The notes beneath the pieces are model-generated. The model saw only the letters and a program-made list of their open reading frames with translations, had not been told where the DNA came from and searched no databases. This document shows positions 24,621-36,872 of a stretch of DNA of 44,748 bases, one piece after another (position 1 is the first letter of the stretch; each line of letters starts with the position of its first letter). The translations under genes were made by a program, and so were the position numbers. Origin of the DNA: Octopus bimaculoides (lineage: Eukaryota); assembly GCF_001194135.2 (NCBI RefSeq), contig NC_068983.1, forward strand, positions 39,589,800-39,634,547, in the 5' to 3' direction.

Positions 24621-24797
24621 TAATAATAGTAACATCGTTAGGAATGAGAAACCAGGTTCGAAATTTCCCCAAGATACCTGACGAAGGCTGGAGGGTATAT
24701 CAGCCAAAACATTGTGTTAACAACAAACAAGATGAGGACAAATATCCGTCAAATGTAAATAATGTAAATAATTCCTCATCTCTTAAATATAGAACTG
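24362..24797 (+). mobile_element. tRNA-headed SINE with an HHR-bearing Penelope-like 3' body and an inverted upstream copy; 10-15-bp TSD
   Basis: Inverted arms 24359-24490/24641-24772. tRNA-like head 24503-24575 (TGGCGTAGTGG, GTTCGATTC). (AAT)n at about 24578-24628. TSD ATATACCATT at 24352-61 and 24803-12 (14/15 match from 24347/24798). Confidence 0.85.
24413..24458 (-). ncRNA. Type I minimal hammerhead motif; the copy at 24673-24718 (+) is mutated at G12
   Basis: GATAC-CTGACGA-A-GGCTG-gagggtatat-CAGCC-GAAA-CGT-T-GTGTT; palindromic stem III; the + copy reads CAGCC-AAAAC-ATT. Confidence 0.65.
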
Positions 24798-25462
24798 CAA
24801 CCATATACCATTTTAATTATATGTTAAAACAGTTCAGGCGATGAAGTGGCAAAGTCGTTAGAACATTGGCTTCGATGTCCAGCAGTCTTTATGTCGTTTC
24901 TTTGCGTTCTGCGTTCAATTCACACCGAACTCAAATTTGTTTTTCATCCTTTCGGAATCGATAAAAAACACCAATCCATGGCAAGGGATATGCGGGACTG
25001 TTAAAAGTTCGGGCAAGTCGACTTTTGGTATGTGTTCCTAGTTTTTGCGTTCTGAAGGCAACGCCTGTGAGGAAGCTGGTGCCAATCCTACGTCAACAGA
25101 TTTTCTTTAGGATATGCATTGTTAAGAAGAGAGGAGATTTGCAACGATGAGCAGCTGCCAGGCTTCTTCAAAATAAATAAATGAAAACTTAGGTTTATAT
25201 AGCTGTGAAGATCCTGAGGGAGAATTTTAAAAGCAAATTTCCGAAATGGCTTCTTGAGAGAAAAGAACTGCACAAATGCAATGATTGAACACTTGAAGAC
25301 AACAAAAAAATCAAATCGACTGAAATGTAATGTTAAACACAAAAATACATAAATCTACCAAAACCCCATTGTGTATAGCTGGTTAGTGAGAGTACATTGC
25401 GCTCCCATTATCTATTATTAGTTTCATGAGGACGGAGCAATTTGAAATAATTTCTACGTATA

Positions 25463-25562
25463 GGCGCAGGAGTGGCTGTGTGGTAAGAGGCTTGCTTCCT
25501 AACCACAGGGTTCCGGGTTCAGTCCCACTGCGCGGCAACTTGAGCTAGTGTCTTCTACTATA
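25463..25562 (+). mobile_element. SINE family A head, truncated by a gap
   Basis: GGCGCAGGAGTGGCTGTGTGGTAAG..GGGTTCAGTCCCACTGCG. Confidence 0.85.
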
Positions 25563-25760
25563 NNNNNNNNNNNNNNNNNNNNNNNNNNNNNNNNNNNNNN
25601 NNNNNNNNNNNNNNNNNNNNNNNNNNNNNNNNNNNNNNNNNNNNNNNNNNNNNNNNNNNNNNNNNNNNNNNNNNNNNNNNNNNNNNNNNNNNNNNNNNNN
25701 NNNNNNNNNNNNNNNNNNNNNNNNNNNNNNNNNNNNNNNNNNNNNNNNNNNNNNNNNNNN

Positions 25761-26030
25761 GCGGTGAGCTGGCAGAAACGTTAGCACACCGGGCGATATG
25801 CTTTACGTCCTGAGTCCAAATTCCGCCGAGGTCGACTTTGCCTTTAATCCTTTTGGAATCGATAAATTAAGTACCAGTTGCGTTCTGGGGTCGATATAAT
25901 CGACTAGCTCCGTCTCTCAAAACTTCAGACCTGGTTCCTAGAGTAGAAAAGAACGCTTAGCGTTATTTCGCCTGTGTTTACATTTTAAGTTCAAATTCCG
26001 CCGAGGTTGACTTTGCTTTTTATCCATTTC
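25761..26030 (+). mobile_element. Two tandem family B SINE copies (second one partial)
   Basis: GCGGTGAGCTGGCAGAAACGTTAGC..CCGAGGTCGACTTTGCC and a second core near 25990. Confidence 0.85.
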
Positions 26031-26470
26031 CAATCTATTCAATTTGACGTACAGATTATTTAATTAATTTTTTTAACTAAGCACTTTGAAACTTCCAATA
26101 CTTGTACAATGTGTCACATACAACGGGGTTTACTCTTAACGTTTTTGACAAAATTTTGTATTTTAGAAGTTATTTCGTCACAAGTTATAGAGTGACAATG
26201 GACAAATTCGTGTTTGATAAGTGCCAATACACGAAACTCTCTGACTTAGTCTCTAATTTCTGCCGATGATATATAAGCATATTATACATATATATGTAAA
26301 AAAATCTCATCATGCAATCAAACCAATGACAGAGCCCCTACGTGGTCGCTCGACACGCTAAAAATAGCAGCCAATGTATCCCCAACCTAGTATTTTATAA
26401 GTTAAATTCTAAATTATTGACACATGCAATGCTTGGGAAAAGCAGCAATGCCTGGAAAAATCATGGATTA

Positions 26471-26952
26471 CATGGAAAAATGCGAGCATGAAAAGTAATG
26501 TTTTTAAGATTATAAACCTGGAAAAGGACAGGACAAGTTATTACACCTGTAAATGTATAGGACAAACTATTACTTCAAGTAAAGTAAAGAATAAGAAACT
26601 ATTTACTTAAAATATTGCAGCTATAATTAAAATTTGAATATTAAAAATATTTTATTATAGTTTACAAATAACCCTATACCTATTTAAGTAGAATTTGGCT
26701 AATTTACTACCTTAAATACAGAAAAAGTGACTAATTAGACAAACTTACAAATTAGCTGAACAGTTTTGTACAATAAATTTAAAAGATGAGAACTGTAAAG
26801 AATGATAAATTAGAAGAAGTGGCATTCTTTGCTGCAATATTCTAAGTAAAAAGTTTCTTATTCTTTACTTTACTTGAAGTAATAATTTGTCCTGTACATT
26901 CCCAGGTTTATAATCTTAAGAATATGACTTTTCATGCTCGGATTTTTCCATG
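26471..26952. mobile_element. MITE, 482 bp, long TIRs, TA target (Tc1/mariner-type)
   Basis: 26471-26621 is inverted relative to 26831-26952 (left arm has a ~26-bp internal duplication); TA|CATGGAAAAAT..ATTTTTCCATG|TA; AT-rich non-coding interior. Confidence 0.8.
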
Positions 26953-26984
26953 TATATATTTGTGTGTCTATGTTTGTCCTCACT

Positions 26985-27170
26985 TCATCGCTTGACAACC
27001 GGTGTTGGCGTGTTTACGTCCCCGTAACCTAGCGGTTCTGCAAAATTGACCGAAAGAATAGGTACTATACTTACAAAGAATAAGTCATGGGGTAAATTTT
27101 TTCGACTAAAGGCAGTGCTCTAGCATGGACACAGTCAAATGACTGAAACAAGCAAAAGAATAAAAGAATA
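26985..27170 (+). mobile_element. SINE family A, 3' half
   Basis: CATCGCTTGACAACCG..CCCGTAACCTAGCGGTTC..CAGTCAAATGACTGAAACAAG. Confidence 0.88.
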
Positions 27171-27280
27171 TATATAAACACACACGCACACACATATATA
27201 TTCATATATATGTATATGTATGCATATGTGTGCATTTGTATATGTGTAAAATATCTATGTATACACCTATACAAACGCAT

Positions 27281-27341
<61 letters not shown>

Positions 27342-27495
27342 NNNNNNNNNNNNNNNNNNNNNNNNNNNNNNNNNNNNNNNNNNNNNNNNNNNNNNNNNNN
27401 NNNNNNNNNNNNNNNNNNNNNNNNNNNNNNNNNNNNNNNNNNNNNNNNNNNNNNNNNNNNNNNNNNNNNNNNNNNNNNNNNNNNNNNNNNNNNNN

Positions 27496-27577
<82 letters not shown>

Positions 27578-28183
27578 CTATTTTATATACGTACAATATT
27601 TTATGTATAATATATAGAAATATATACATCTATACATAAGAATCTATATACCAGCGTCCTAAGGTGATTATAAGGTACAACCTGTGATTTGAATTGAAAA
27701 TAGAGAATATTTAATCATAGATTTAAAAAAATTCAAGCACCACCAAAACATATGGGCTTATCATTACATGAGTCGAGATGTCTGCTATTGTACCAAAACT
27801 CTTTTATTATGTACATAGCGTCAACAGAAACGTTCCTTATTTTAAAATTTCACATGTATTAAAGACTTTTATCTTCTTAAAAATGAGAAAAAATTAATTC
27901 AAAGAAACTGAATTTCTATTATTAAAACAGGACTGCATTTCCATGACGTCAAAACCTAATTATGTGTTTCTGCATGTTTGCTGGTTTGTGTGTGTGTGTG
28001 AGAGAGAGTGTGTGTGTTTGTGTCTGTCCGTGTGTAAGATATTGTACTTAATACATAAATAAGTACGTACATGCATGTATACATGCATACATACATACAT
28101 ACATTAATACATAAAGACATACATACATACATACACACATACACAGACACACAAACCTATATATACATACATAATACAGACAC

Positions 28184-28252
<69 letters not shown>

Positions 28253-28380
28253 TAAGCACAAACATAAATTCGTACATAGTTATACACATGCAAACATATG
28301 TGTGTGTGTGTGTGTGGGCATGTATGTATATAATATATATGCATATATACATATATATGTGTATATGTATGTATGCATGC

Positions 28381-28418
<38 letters not shown>

Positions 28419-28469
28419 CAATTGTGTTTATGTCAAGTTATATATATGCAAAATTAACATTAAACTCCA

Positions 28470-28820
28470 AGGCAGCGAGCTGGCANNNNNNNNNNNNNNN
28501 NNNNNNNNNNNNNNNNNNNNNNNNNNNNNNNNNNNNNNNNNNNNNNNNNNNNNNNNNNNNNNNNNNNNNNNNNNNNNNNNNNNNNNNNNNNNNNNNNNNN
28601 NNNNNNNNNNNNNNNNNNNNNNNNNNNNNNNNNNNNNNNNNNNNNNNNNNNNNNNNNNNNTAGCGGTGTTTCGTCTGCCGTTACGTTCTGAGTCCAAATT
28701 CTGCCGAGGTCGGCTTTGCCTTTCATCCTTTCGGGGTCGATAAATTAAGTACCAGTTACGCACTGGGGTTGATGCAATCGACTTAATCCCTTTGTCTGTC
28801 TTTGTTTGTTCCCTCTGTGT
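28470..28820 (+). mobile_element. SINE family B across a gap
   Basis: Head GGCAGCGAGCTGGCA before the gap; core and TTTGTCTGTC tail after it. Confidence 0.8.
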
Positions 28821-29224
28821 TTCTAGTGATCCCTTCGCTATTACTGAGAGTTATACCAAAGTTGTTTTGGGAAACATGTGTATTAAACTCCGAATTTATA
28901 AATCGGTTGGGTTCTCTGAGTATGGAACATATTACACATAATTTGAGAGAATAAAGCAAATTTCATAGTGAGTGGCTTTAATACATAGTGAAATAACAAC
29001 TATGCTTCCTCACTTCTAATGATATGAAGTTGTCCAAAGCTGTGCTCAAAAGACGGTTTTATAAACACAAAATGTTGTCCTTGCTCATGATTTTAATGCA
29101 TCAATCGAAATAGAGTAATGTCTCGGGGTACATTATGTTAATTTTTATGTTAAAATTAACTTTTTCTTGTATATTTTGCATTCATGTATTGGATGTATGT
29201 AAGCATATATACTTAGATATAAAT

Positions 29225-29295
<71 letters not shown>

Positions 29296-32033
29296 TATAT
29301 GTGTGTATGTGCTTATATATATATATATACATATACATATACATGTATATATATGTATATATATGTATGTATATATGCATATATATGCACACATGCATAC
29401 AAATATATACAAATATGCATAGATGCACACATACAAGCACATACTTTCTCTCTAACACACATACACACACATAAATGTGTGTGTAGTTTTGTGCGTGTGT
29501 TTGTGTGTGTATGTGTGTGTGTGTGAGTGTTTGTATGTGTGAATATGTGTGACTAATATTAAATCAACTGAGAGAAAAATCGACAGGAGCACCGACGGAA
29601 CCTGAATCAAGCAAATATTACATTTCTGGTCACCTTGTCACAAAATGTTTGGTGGTGTATTAGGTAACATGGTCATGCTCAGTTGTCAAAATGTTTAAAT
29701 ATATAAATTCATTACTTATGTGAAAGAACAGCTAGACGTCACTACAAATTGCATGAGCATTACAGATCATGTGGTAGCTTGTTAAACACCTGCAGATAGG
29801 ATAGTTAGTGTCACGCGTAATGAGTGTTCATAAATAATTTTGCTTTTTATGATAAGAATTTCCAATTTTTAATTCATTTGATAACAAACACGGCTGATAT
29901 TCTGTATTGTAAACCGTTAACTTGGTAAGCATTCTGGAATGCTTAGATGGGTCGAGGTTGGTTTAAGTTACCTAATACCTCATGGGAAATTTAAAAAAAT
30001 TATGGAAATGGAGAGACAAAATATGTAAAGGACTGAAATTTTGAAAAGATATCAGAATCGTAATTTCTCTTGTACGAAGTATAAGAAATCTAAGAAATGA
30101 AGATATAAGAAGTGAAAAACAGAAAAAAAAAAATCCTTTCGGTTATGTGAAATTTTGCAGTTTCGAGGTGAGACGCAGTAAGAGTGGTGGTTGGAGAAGA
30201 GATAGGGTTAGAGGAGCTTGATCTAGATGGTAGAAAAGATATTTAGTTACCTCGTTTAAAGAAGCAGAAGCTATTGTGATCGTGATATAAGAAGTAGAGA
30301 AAGGAAACTACAACACTATAAGCTGGCGATTGTAGCTATGCTTGATATAAACATCAAATATAACAGTGATAACTTACATGTTATCGAAAGTTTCAGCTAT
30401 TTGAGCAGAAAAATATTTGCAATAAAGAAGTCTCTATCAGTGATACCGAAAAAAGAGTTTGCACAGGTTTTCTACTAACTATTGATATTTAGAAATCTAA
30501 CCTTAACATAAACATAACAATTAAGCTAAACTTGGACAATAAGGGAAGTATTAGTTGTAGTATAAGTTATACTATTGCAGACCTATACAATTCTGTATAG
30601 GTCTGGAATCTGGAAAGCAACAGTTATAAATTGCATTGAAGATAAACGTTTGCTATCAAAAATGCTTGTGGAAATCGCTAGTTATTTCGTATCACTAACG
30701 ATGAAATTATACACAGAACTTCTAAACCAAACGATTTAAATGGTTTAATGGCAACTAAAATATTGACCAACTACGTAAGTTCAAAGAAGATTTCGATGGC
30801 GTGAATGAAGTGATTCTGCCATTTTGACTACTTTTGAACTTGTCCGCAGACGACACTTGTGAATAGCTAGATCAACCAAAGAATACTTGTTGAAGTGGTG
30901 ATTTTTTTTTTTTTTTAAATATATACTTAGAATTTTGCTGTCTTTCAACCATTCTGTCGAAGTTATAGCCCACATCAGCGTAGAAGGAAAAAAATACACA
31001 TACAAAATAATAATANNNNNNNNNNNNNNNNNNNNNNNNNNNNNNNNNNNNNNNNNNNNNNNNNNNNNNNNNNNNNNNNNNNNNNNNNNNNNNNNNNNNN
31101 NNNNNNNNNNNNNNNNNNNNNNNNNNNNNNNNNNNNNNNNNNNNNNNNNNNNNNNNNNNNNNNNNNNNNNNNNNNNNNNNNNNNNNNNNNNNNNNNNNNN
31201 NNNNNNNNNNNNNNNNNNNNNNNNNNNNNNNNNNNNNNNNNNNNNNNNNNNNNNNNNNNNNNNNNNNNNNNNNNNNNNNNNNNNNNNNNNNNNNNNNNNN
31301 NNNNNNNNNNNNNNNNNNNNNNNNNNNNNNNNNNNNNNNNNNNNNNNNNNNNNNNNNNNNNNNNNNNNNNNNNNNNNNNNNNNNNNNNNNNNNNNNNNNN
31401 NNNNNNNNNNNNNNNNNNNNNNNNNNNNNNNNNNNNNNNNNNNNNNNNNNNNNNNNNNNNNNNNNNNNNNNNNNNNNNNNNNNNNNNNNNNNNNNNNNNN
31501 NNNNNNNNNNNNNNNNNNNNNNNNNNNNNNNNNNNNNNNNNNNNNNNNNNNNNNNNNNNNNNNNNNNNNNNNNNNNNNNNNNNNNNNNNNNNNNNNNNNN
31601 NNNNNNNNNNNNNNNNNNNNNNNNNNNNNNNNNNNNNNNNNNNNNNNNNNNNNNNNNNNNNNNNNNNNNNNNNNNNNNNNNNNNNNNNNNNNNNNNNNNN
31701 NNNNNNNNNNNNNNNNNNNNNNNNNNNNNNNNNNNNNNNNNNNNNNNNNNNNNNNNNNNNNNNNNNNNNNNNNNNNNNNNNNNNNNNNNNNNNNNNNNNN
31801 NNNNNNNNNNNNNNNNNNNNNNNNNNNNNNNNNNNNNNNNNNNNNNNNNNNNNNNNNNNNNNNNNNNNNNNNNNNGTAGCTGATGAAGTAGAATGTTCTC
31901 TATGTGGCTTGTGTGTTTTCTCGTCTACGTTTTGTTTGCAATGTCCTGTACCCAGATATGCACCTATACATACAGGTGGATGTCGGTATGCACATACCTG
32001 TACGTATACATGCATATACTCATTTACTATCTA

Positions 32034-32076
<43 letters not shown>

Positions 32077-33617
32077 ATATATATATGTATATATATATAT
32101 ATGTATAAGTAGAGCGAGGTTGACGACAGAGAAAAGGAGAGAAAAGGAGGCGAAAGAGCGAGAGAGAGTTTGTTTGGAGTAGATGTATAGTGTATATAAA
32201 CCCATATATGTGACAGCAGTAATTTCTGTTGTGTAAATCAAAATATATATTCTATAGAATGATTTTAGTACAAGATGGTGGACAACACAATGCAGTGGCG
32301 TTTGGTGAAGGTTGCCGTTGCTGTTGTTGTAGTTGCTGGCGTTGGCATTGCAGTGTTATGGCGTTGCTGTTGATGGTAATTGTGATGGACCGTAGATAAG
32401 TTGGTGGGGGTATTTTTCTAGTATTATATTGAGACAAGTAGATTATTGCTATGTATGTATGTATGTATGTTGTATGTATGTATGTATGTATGTATGTATG
32501 TATGTATGTAGGTATGTATGTAGGTATATATGTAGGGGAGTAGGTAGTTATTTAAGTATATCTGTTTGTGTGTGTGTGCATATATATGTATGTATGTGTA
32601 TATATATGCATGTGTGTATATATATGTATGCATGTATATATATATATGTAAACATATATTTTTTTCCCTCTAGTTTCAGTTCAGAGCTGCGGCCATGCTG
32701 ATGCACCGCCGTATATATATATNNNNNNNNNNNNNNNNNNNNNNNNNNNNNNNNNNNNNNNNNNNNNNNNNNNNNNNNNNNNNNNNNNNNNNNNNNNNNN
32801 NNNNNNNNNNNNNNNNNNNNNNNNNNNNNNNNNNNNNNNNNNNNNNNNNNNNNNNNNNNNNNNNNNNNNNNNNNNNNNNNNNNNNNNNNNNNNNNNNNNN
32901 NNNNNNNNNNNNNNNNNNNNNNNNNNNNNNNNNNNNNNNNNNNNNNNNNNNNNNNNNNNNNNNNNNNNNNNNNNNNNNNNNNNNNNNNNNNNNNNNNNNN
33001 NNNNNNNNNNNNNNNNNNNNNNNNNNNNNNNNNNNNNNNNNNNNNNNNNNNNNNNNNNNNNNNNNNNNNNNNNNNNNNNNNNNNNNNNNNNNNNNNNNNN
33101 NNNNNNNNNNNNNNNNNNNNNNNNNNNNNNNNNNNNNNNNNNNNNNTCATAGCAGAATGAAACCGCTGTTAAAAATACGACACCTGCTGATGAGGCAGAT
33201 CGACATCCATCATAATAATAATATCTAATGATTGGAATATCTAAACAATTATGACAGCAGCATATCCATCAACATTAAGTGAAATTATTACTCACAACTG
33301 ACTGATGAACGTCAAATGGACGAGAAAGTCCGACACCTGTTTTATTTAGGTAAACACTGTTCTTTTCTATCAGTTTGTTGCATTCAGCGGAAACGAGCAT
33401 ATACATACATAAGTATAAATACATCTTCTGTTTATCTGCCTGCCTGCCTGCCTGCATGCCTACCTGTCTGTCTGTTTGTCTGTCTGCTTCTCCGTCTGTC
33501 TCACTCTTTATCACTGTTTCTGTTTCAAGCACGTACTCACACGCACAAGCACACAGTAGGAAATTGAAGAATGGTAAAATGACTTATATGTATGTTTTTA
33601 TGCATGTGTATTTGTGC

Positions 33618-33662
<45 letters not shown>

Positions 33663-34094
33663 AATACAAATACACTTATTCACACACATACATATATATA
33701 TATGTATGTATGTATATATATATTTTTTTTATATGTAGGTGCTTGTGTCTTTATACATATTTATATGTATATATGTATATGTATGTGTATATATATGTAT
33801 ATGTAATTATGTGTACAAACATACATATATTAAAAACTGTATAGCATCTATCCATCTCTTATCTATATCTACATGAGTATATGTATATAAATGTATTATA
33901 TATATATCGGTATGTATGTATATATGTATCTATACATGCATAATATACGTACGTTGATATATACACATGTATTCATTCATATACATACATATAAGCAATG
34001 CCTCATGCATATATACATATTTGCTGAATAAGCGAGTAAGTTACATGAGAGGAAATCGAAAAGTACGCACACACACACGCACACACACACACTT

Positions 34095-34158
<64 letters not shown>

Positions 34159-34732
34159 CCATATATAAACAGGCGCGCACATTTTTGAAGCGAATGTATT
34201 AAACAAAACAACGCCTCTATTCTCTACCACAGCTCATCAAAAACACTGAATACATGCTAGTTTGACCTGGAGGATGTAACAACCGACTAGATTACGATAG
34301 GATTAATCGCCTTGAGGGGGTCAGTGATTCTACAAAGCCTGACAAATGCTCACCGAATTTATACAACCAGTTTCGAATCAATGAGCGAACCTGTCAGAGG
34401 GAATTAAACCGGTTGCTTTCGAGTACATACATTGCGTTAATCTTCGTAAGTCTCTCCGGTGTCTTATATAAGAGAACGAAACGTTAGTGAACTGGAGATT
34501 TATGTATGTATGTATGTATCAATGTGGTGTATTTTTGCCGAAATATCTAAAGCGGCTGTGCAAATTTATTTTGTAAATCTGGTGGGAAGATGGCGGTTTT
34601 TGTTTTGTTGTGTGATTACTAGTTGTGCAGACAGTACGAGACGATACTCAGGATTGCAAACGTACTATTACACACCTACAAATACACGCAAACGTATGTA
34701 TATGTATATATGTACCTTTGTTCAAAGGCTTC

Positions 34733-35125
34733 AAGGCAGCTATCTGGCTGAGTCATTAACGCGTCGGACTAAAAGCTTAACAGTTCTTTACGCTTCGAGT
34801 TCAGGTGATGCCGAGTTCAACTTTACCTCTTATCGTTTTGAGGTCGATAAAATGAAGTATTACTCATGCATTTATGGACTTCTGTTCAAATATATTAATT
34901 TTGAACTTATTATTATTAATCTTCCACCACAAGGCGGCGAGCTGACAAACTCGTTAACGCGTGGGACTAAAAGCTTAACAACTGTTTCCGTTCTAGTTGA
35001 ATTTCTATCGAGTTCCACTTTGTATTTCATCCTTTCAAGGTCTATAAAATAAAGTACTTGAGCACTGAGGTCTCTGATACCATTCAAGACCCATCCTCAA
35101 AATTGCAGGCCTTGTGCCAAGATTT
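34733..35125 (+). mobile_element. Two tandem degenerate family B SINEs
   Basis: GGCAGCTATCTGGCTGAGTCATTAACGCG (34735) and GGCGGCGAGCTGACAAACTCGTTAACGCG (34933), each followed by the core. Confidence 0.8.
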
Positions 35126-35409
35126 GAATCCGTTATTATTCTCCCCCGAATACATATATGAATGCGAGCGTATGGGCGCACACTTGTGTTTGTCAGTATT
35201 TCTTTTGGCATGTAAGTATGTTTATGTGTTAGCGAGTGTTTACGTGTTACCCCATATATTACATAATCTGCAATGCATTTTAGGGTTCTCTTCTGCCTCG
35301 CTTGCTCATGTTGCTCATTTTCCTTGTTATGTTCTGTGCATCTATGCATTGATATACATACACTCACGCACGACAACACACACTCTCACGCACATTCAAT
35401 TCCACAAGC

Positions 35410-35520
35410 ACATGGTTCCGGGTTCAGTCACACTGCATGGCATCTTGGGCAAGTGTCTTCTATTATAGCCTCGGGCCGACCAGGGCCTTGTGATTGGATT
35501 TGGTAACTGAAAGAAACCGA
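35410..35520 (+). mobile_element. SINE family A, partial head
   Basis: CACATGGTTCCGGGTTCAGTC..TTGGGCAAGTGTCTTCTATTATAGCCTCGGGCCGACC. Confidence 0.85.
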
Positions 35521-36100
35521 GCGAGACTGAAAGAAACCCAGAGACACACCCAAGCACCCTAATTTTATCTACCGATCACTACAATTCACTAAAAAGATGG
35601 AAATAACATGTGGGGTACTGTGATCTCGTGGCAGAAACAGCTGTAAGAAACTGCACTTCTTTCTCTGTTCTAGAAATTACTGGTACTTTATATGTAAAAC
35701 TCAATCTTTACATATGTATACATATTCTCAGAATTGTTTAAAATAAATAGACATAATATAATGCCTAACAGTTGATGCATACTACCTCTGGATCCTCTCC
35801 ATTTTCTTCTTGCCGTATAGATATATATGTATATATATGTAATGAGTAAATTTGTATGTTGCCCTATTTGCAGCTTGTTTCTATGTTAGCAAATGAGAAA
35901 ATATAGCTAGTCGGAGGATTGAACTCTTCACCCCTCTCTTGTCAACTGATGCCCAAATCCTTAAAATGTGAACGTCATGTCAATTATATAAAACCCTTAA
36001 AAATGTGTATGTAGCTTAATTTCTATGGCAACAGTGAAGTTAGCGATACGCGTGGAGATGAATGAAAGGGGAAAGGAAGATAGAGAGAGAGATTAATAGA

Positions 36101-36141
<41 letters not shown>

Positions 36142-36309
36142 AAAGTTAGGGCGGGAAGAGGGTATAGGGAAAGACAGGGAGAGATGCTACTGCAAATGTA
36201 ACACCTAAAGTAAGATTAATTCAGTGTTTCCTGTGTAATTCATTTGCAATCGTTGAAGAATGCAAAAACAAAAGAAATAGATAGAAGTATTGAGAAAGAG
36301 ACAAAAAAA

Positions 36310-36375
36310 AACGCCATTTAGTTTTGCAGTTGAGCGGAAGTCGTTTGTAATCCATTGAACCGGAAGTACAACAAC
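36310..36375. promoter_or_regulatory. Possible housekeeping-type core promoter (tandem ETS sites)
   Basis: CGGAAGT 36335-41, CCGGAAGT 36360-67 and YY1-like CGCCATTT 36312-19 in unique, CpG-containing sequence; no transcript evidence. Confidence 0.3.
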
Positions 36376-36684
36376 AGTCGCTGTAACAGCAAAACGAATG
36401 AAGACAGATAAGGTTTTGATGTTTGATGGAAAGAAAGCCGAGCGCTTGACATATTGCGAAAAAGGAAGCCTCGTTATCGGCTGGTAGTTGTTATAGTAAA
36501 AGTTTGGTTAAATTACGATTGTATTGTGTCGTAGCGTGAATTATTGAACAATATTGTCTTGTGCTTTATAGAAACTATGAAATATTATGCTATCTCTGTA
36601 TAATAATAACCGATATATGTGGTGGTTGGTCGATTGGCTTGTGACGTTTTATATCGTATCGTGAAAGCAGTAAAGAGAAGTAAG

Positions 36685-36723
<39 letters not shown>

Positions 36724-36872
36724 AGGGAGACAAAGAGAGGATTAACATAAGAGGTGCAGGATGAGAGTGCATACTGGTTTTGGTGGCAGACAATGAGTAA
36801 ATGGACGTTACAAACATACAAAGTGATATAGCGGTAAAGATTCATAGGCAGAGGTGAGGGGGCATATATTTA

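Noticed and set aside
27944-27951. CRE palindrome TGACGTCA
   Set aside because: A single 8-mer is close to chance expectation in 45 kb.
30690-30830. GTAAGT donor at 30775 and YY1-like GCCATTTTG at 30818
   Set aside because: Isolated short motifs; the associated frames are short and unrecognisable.
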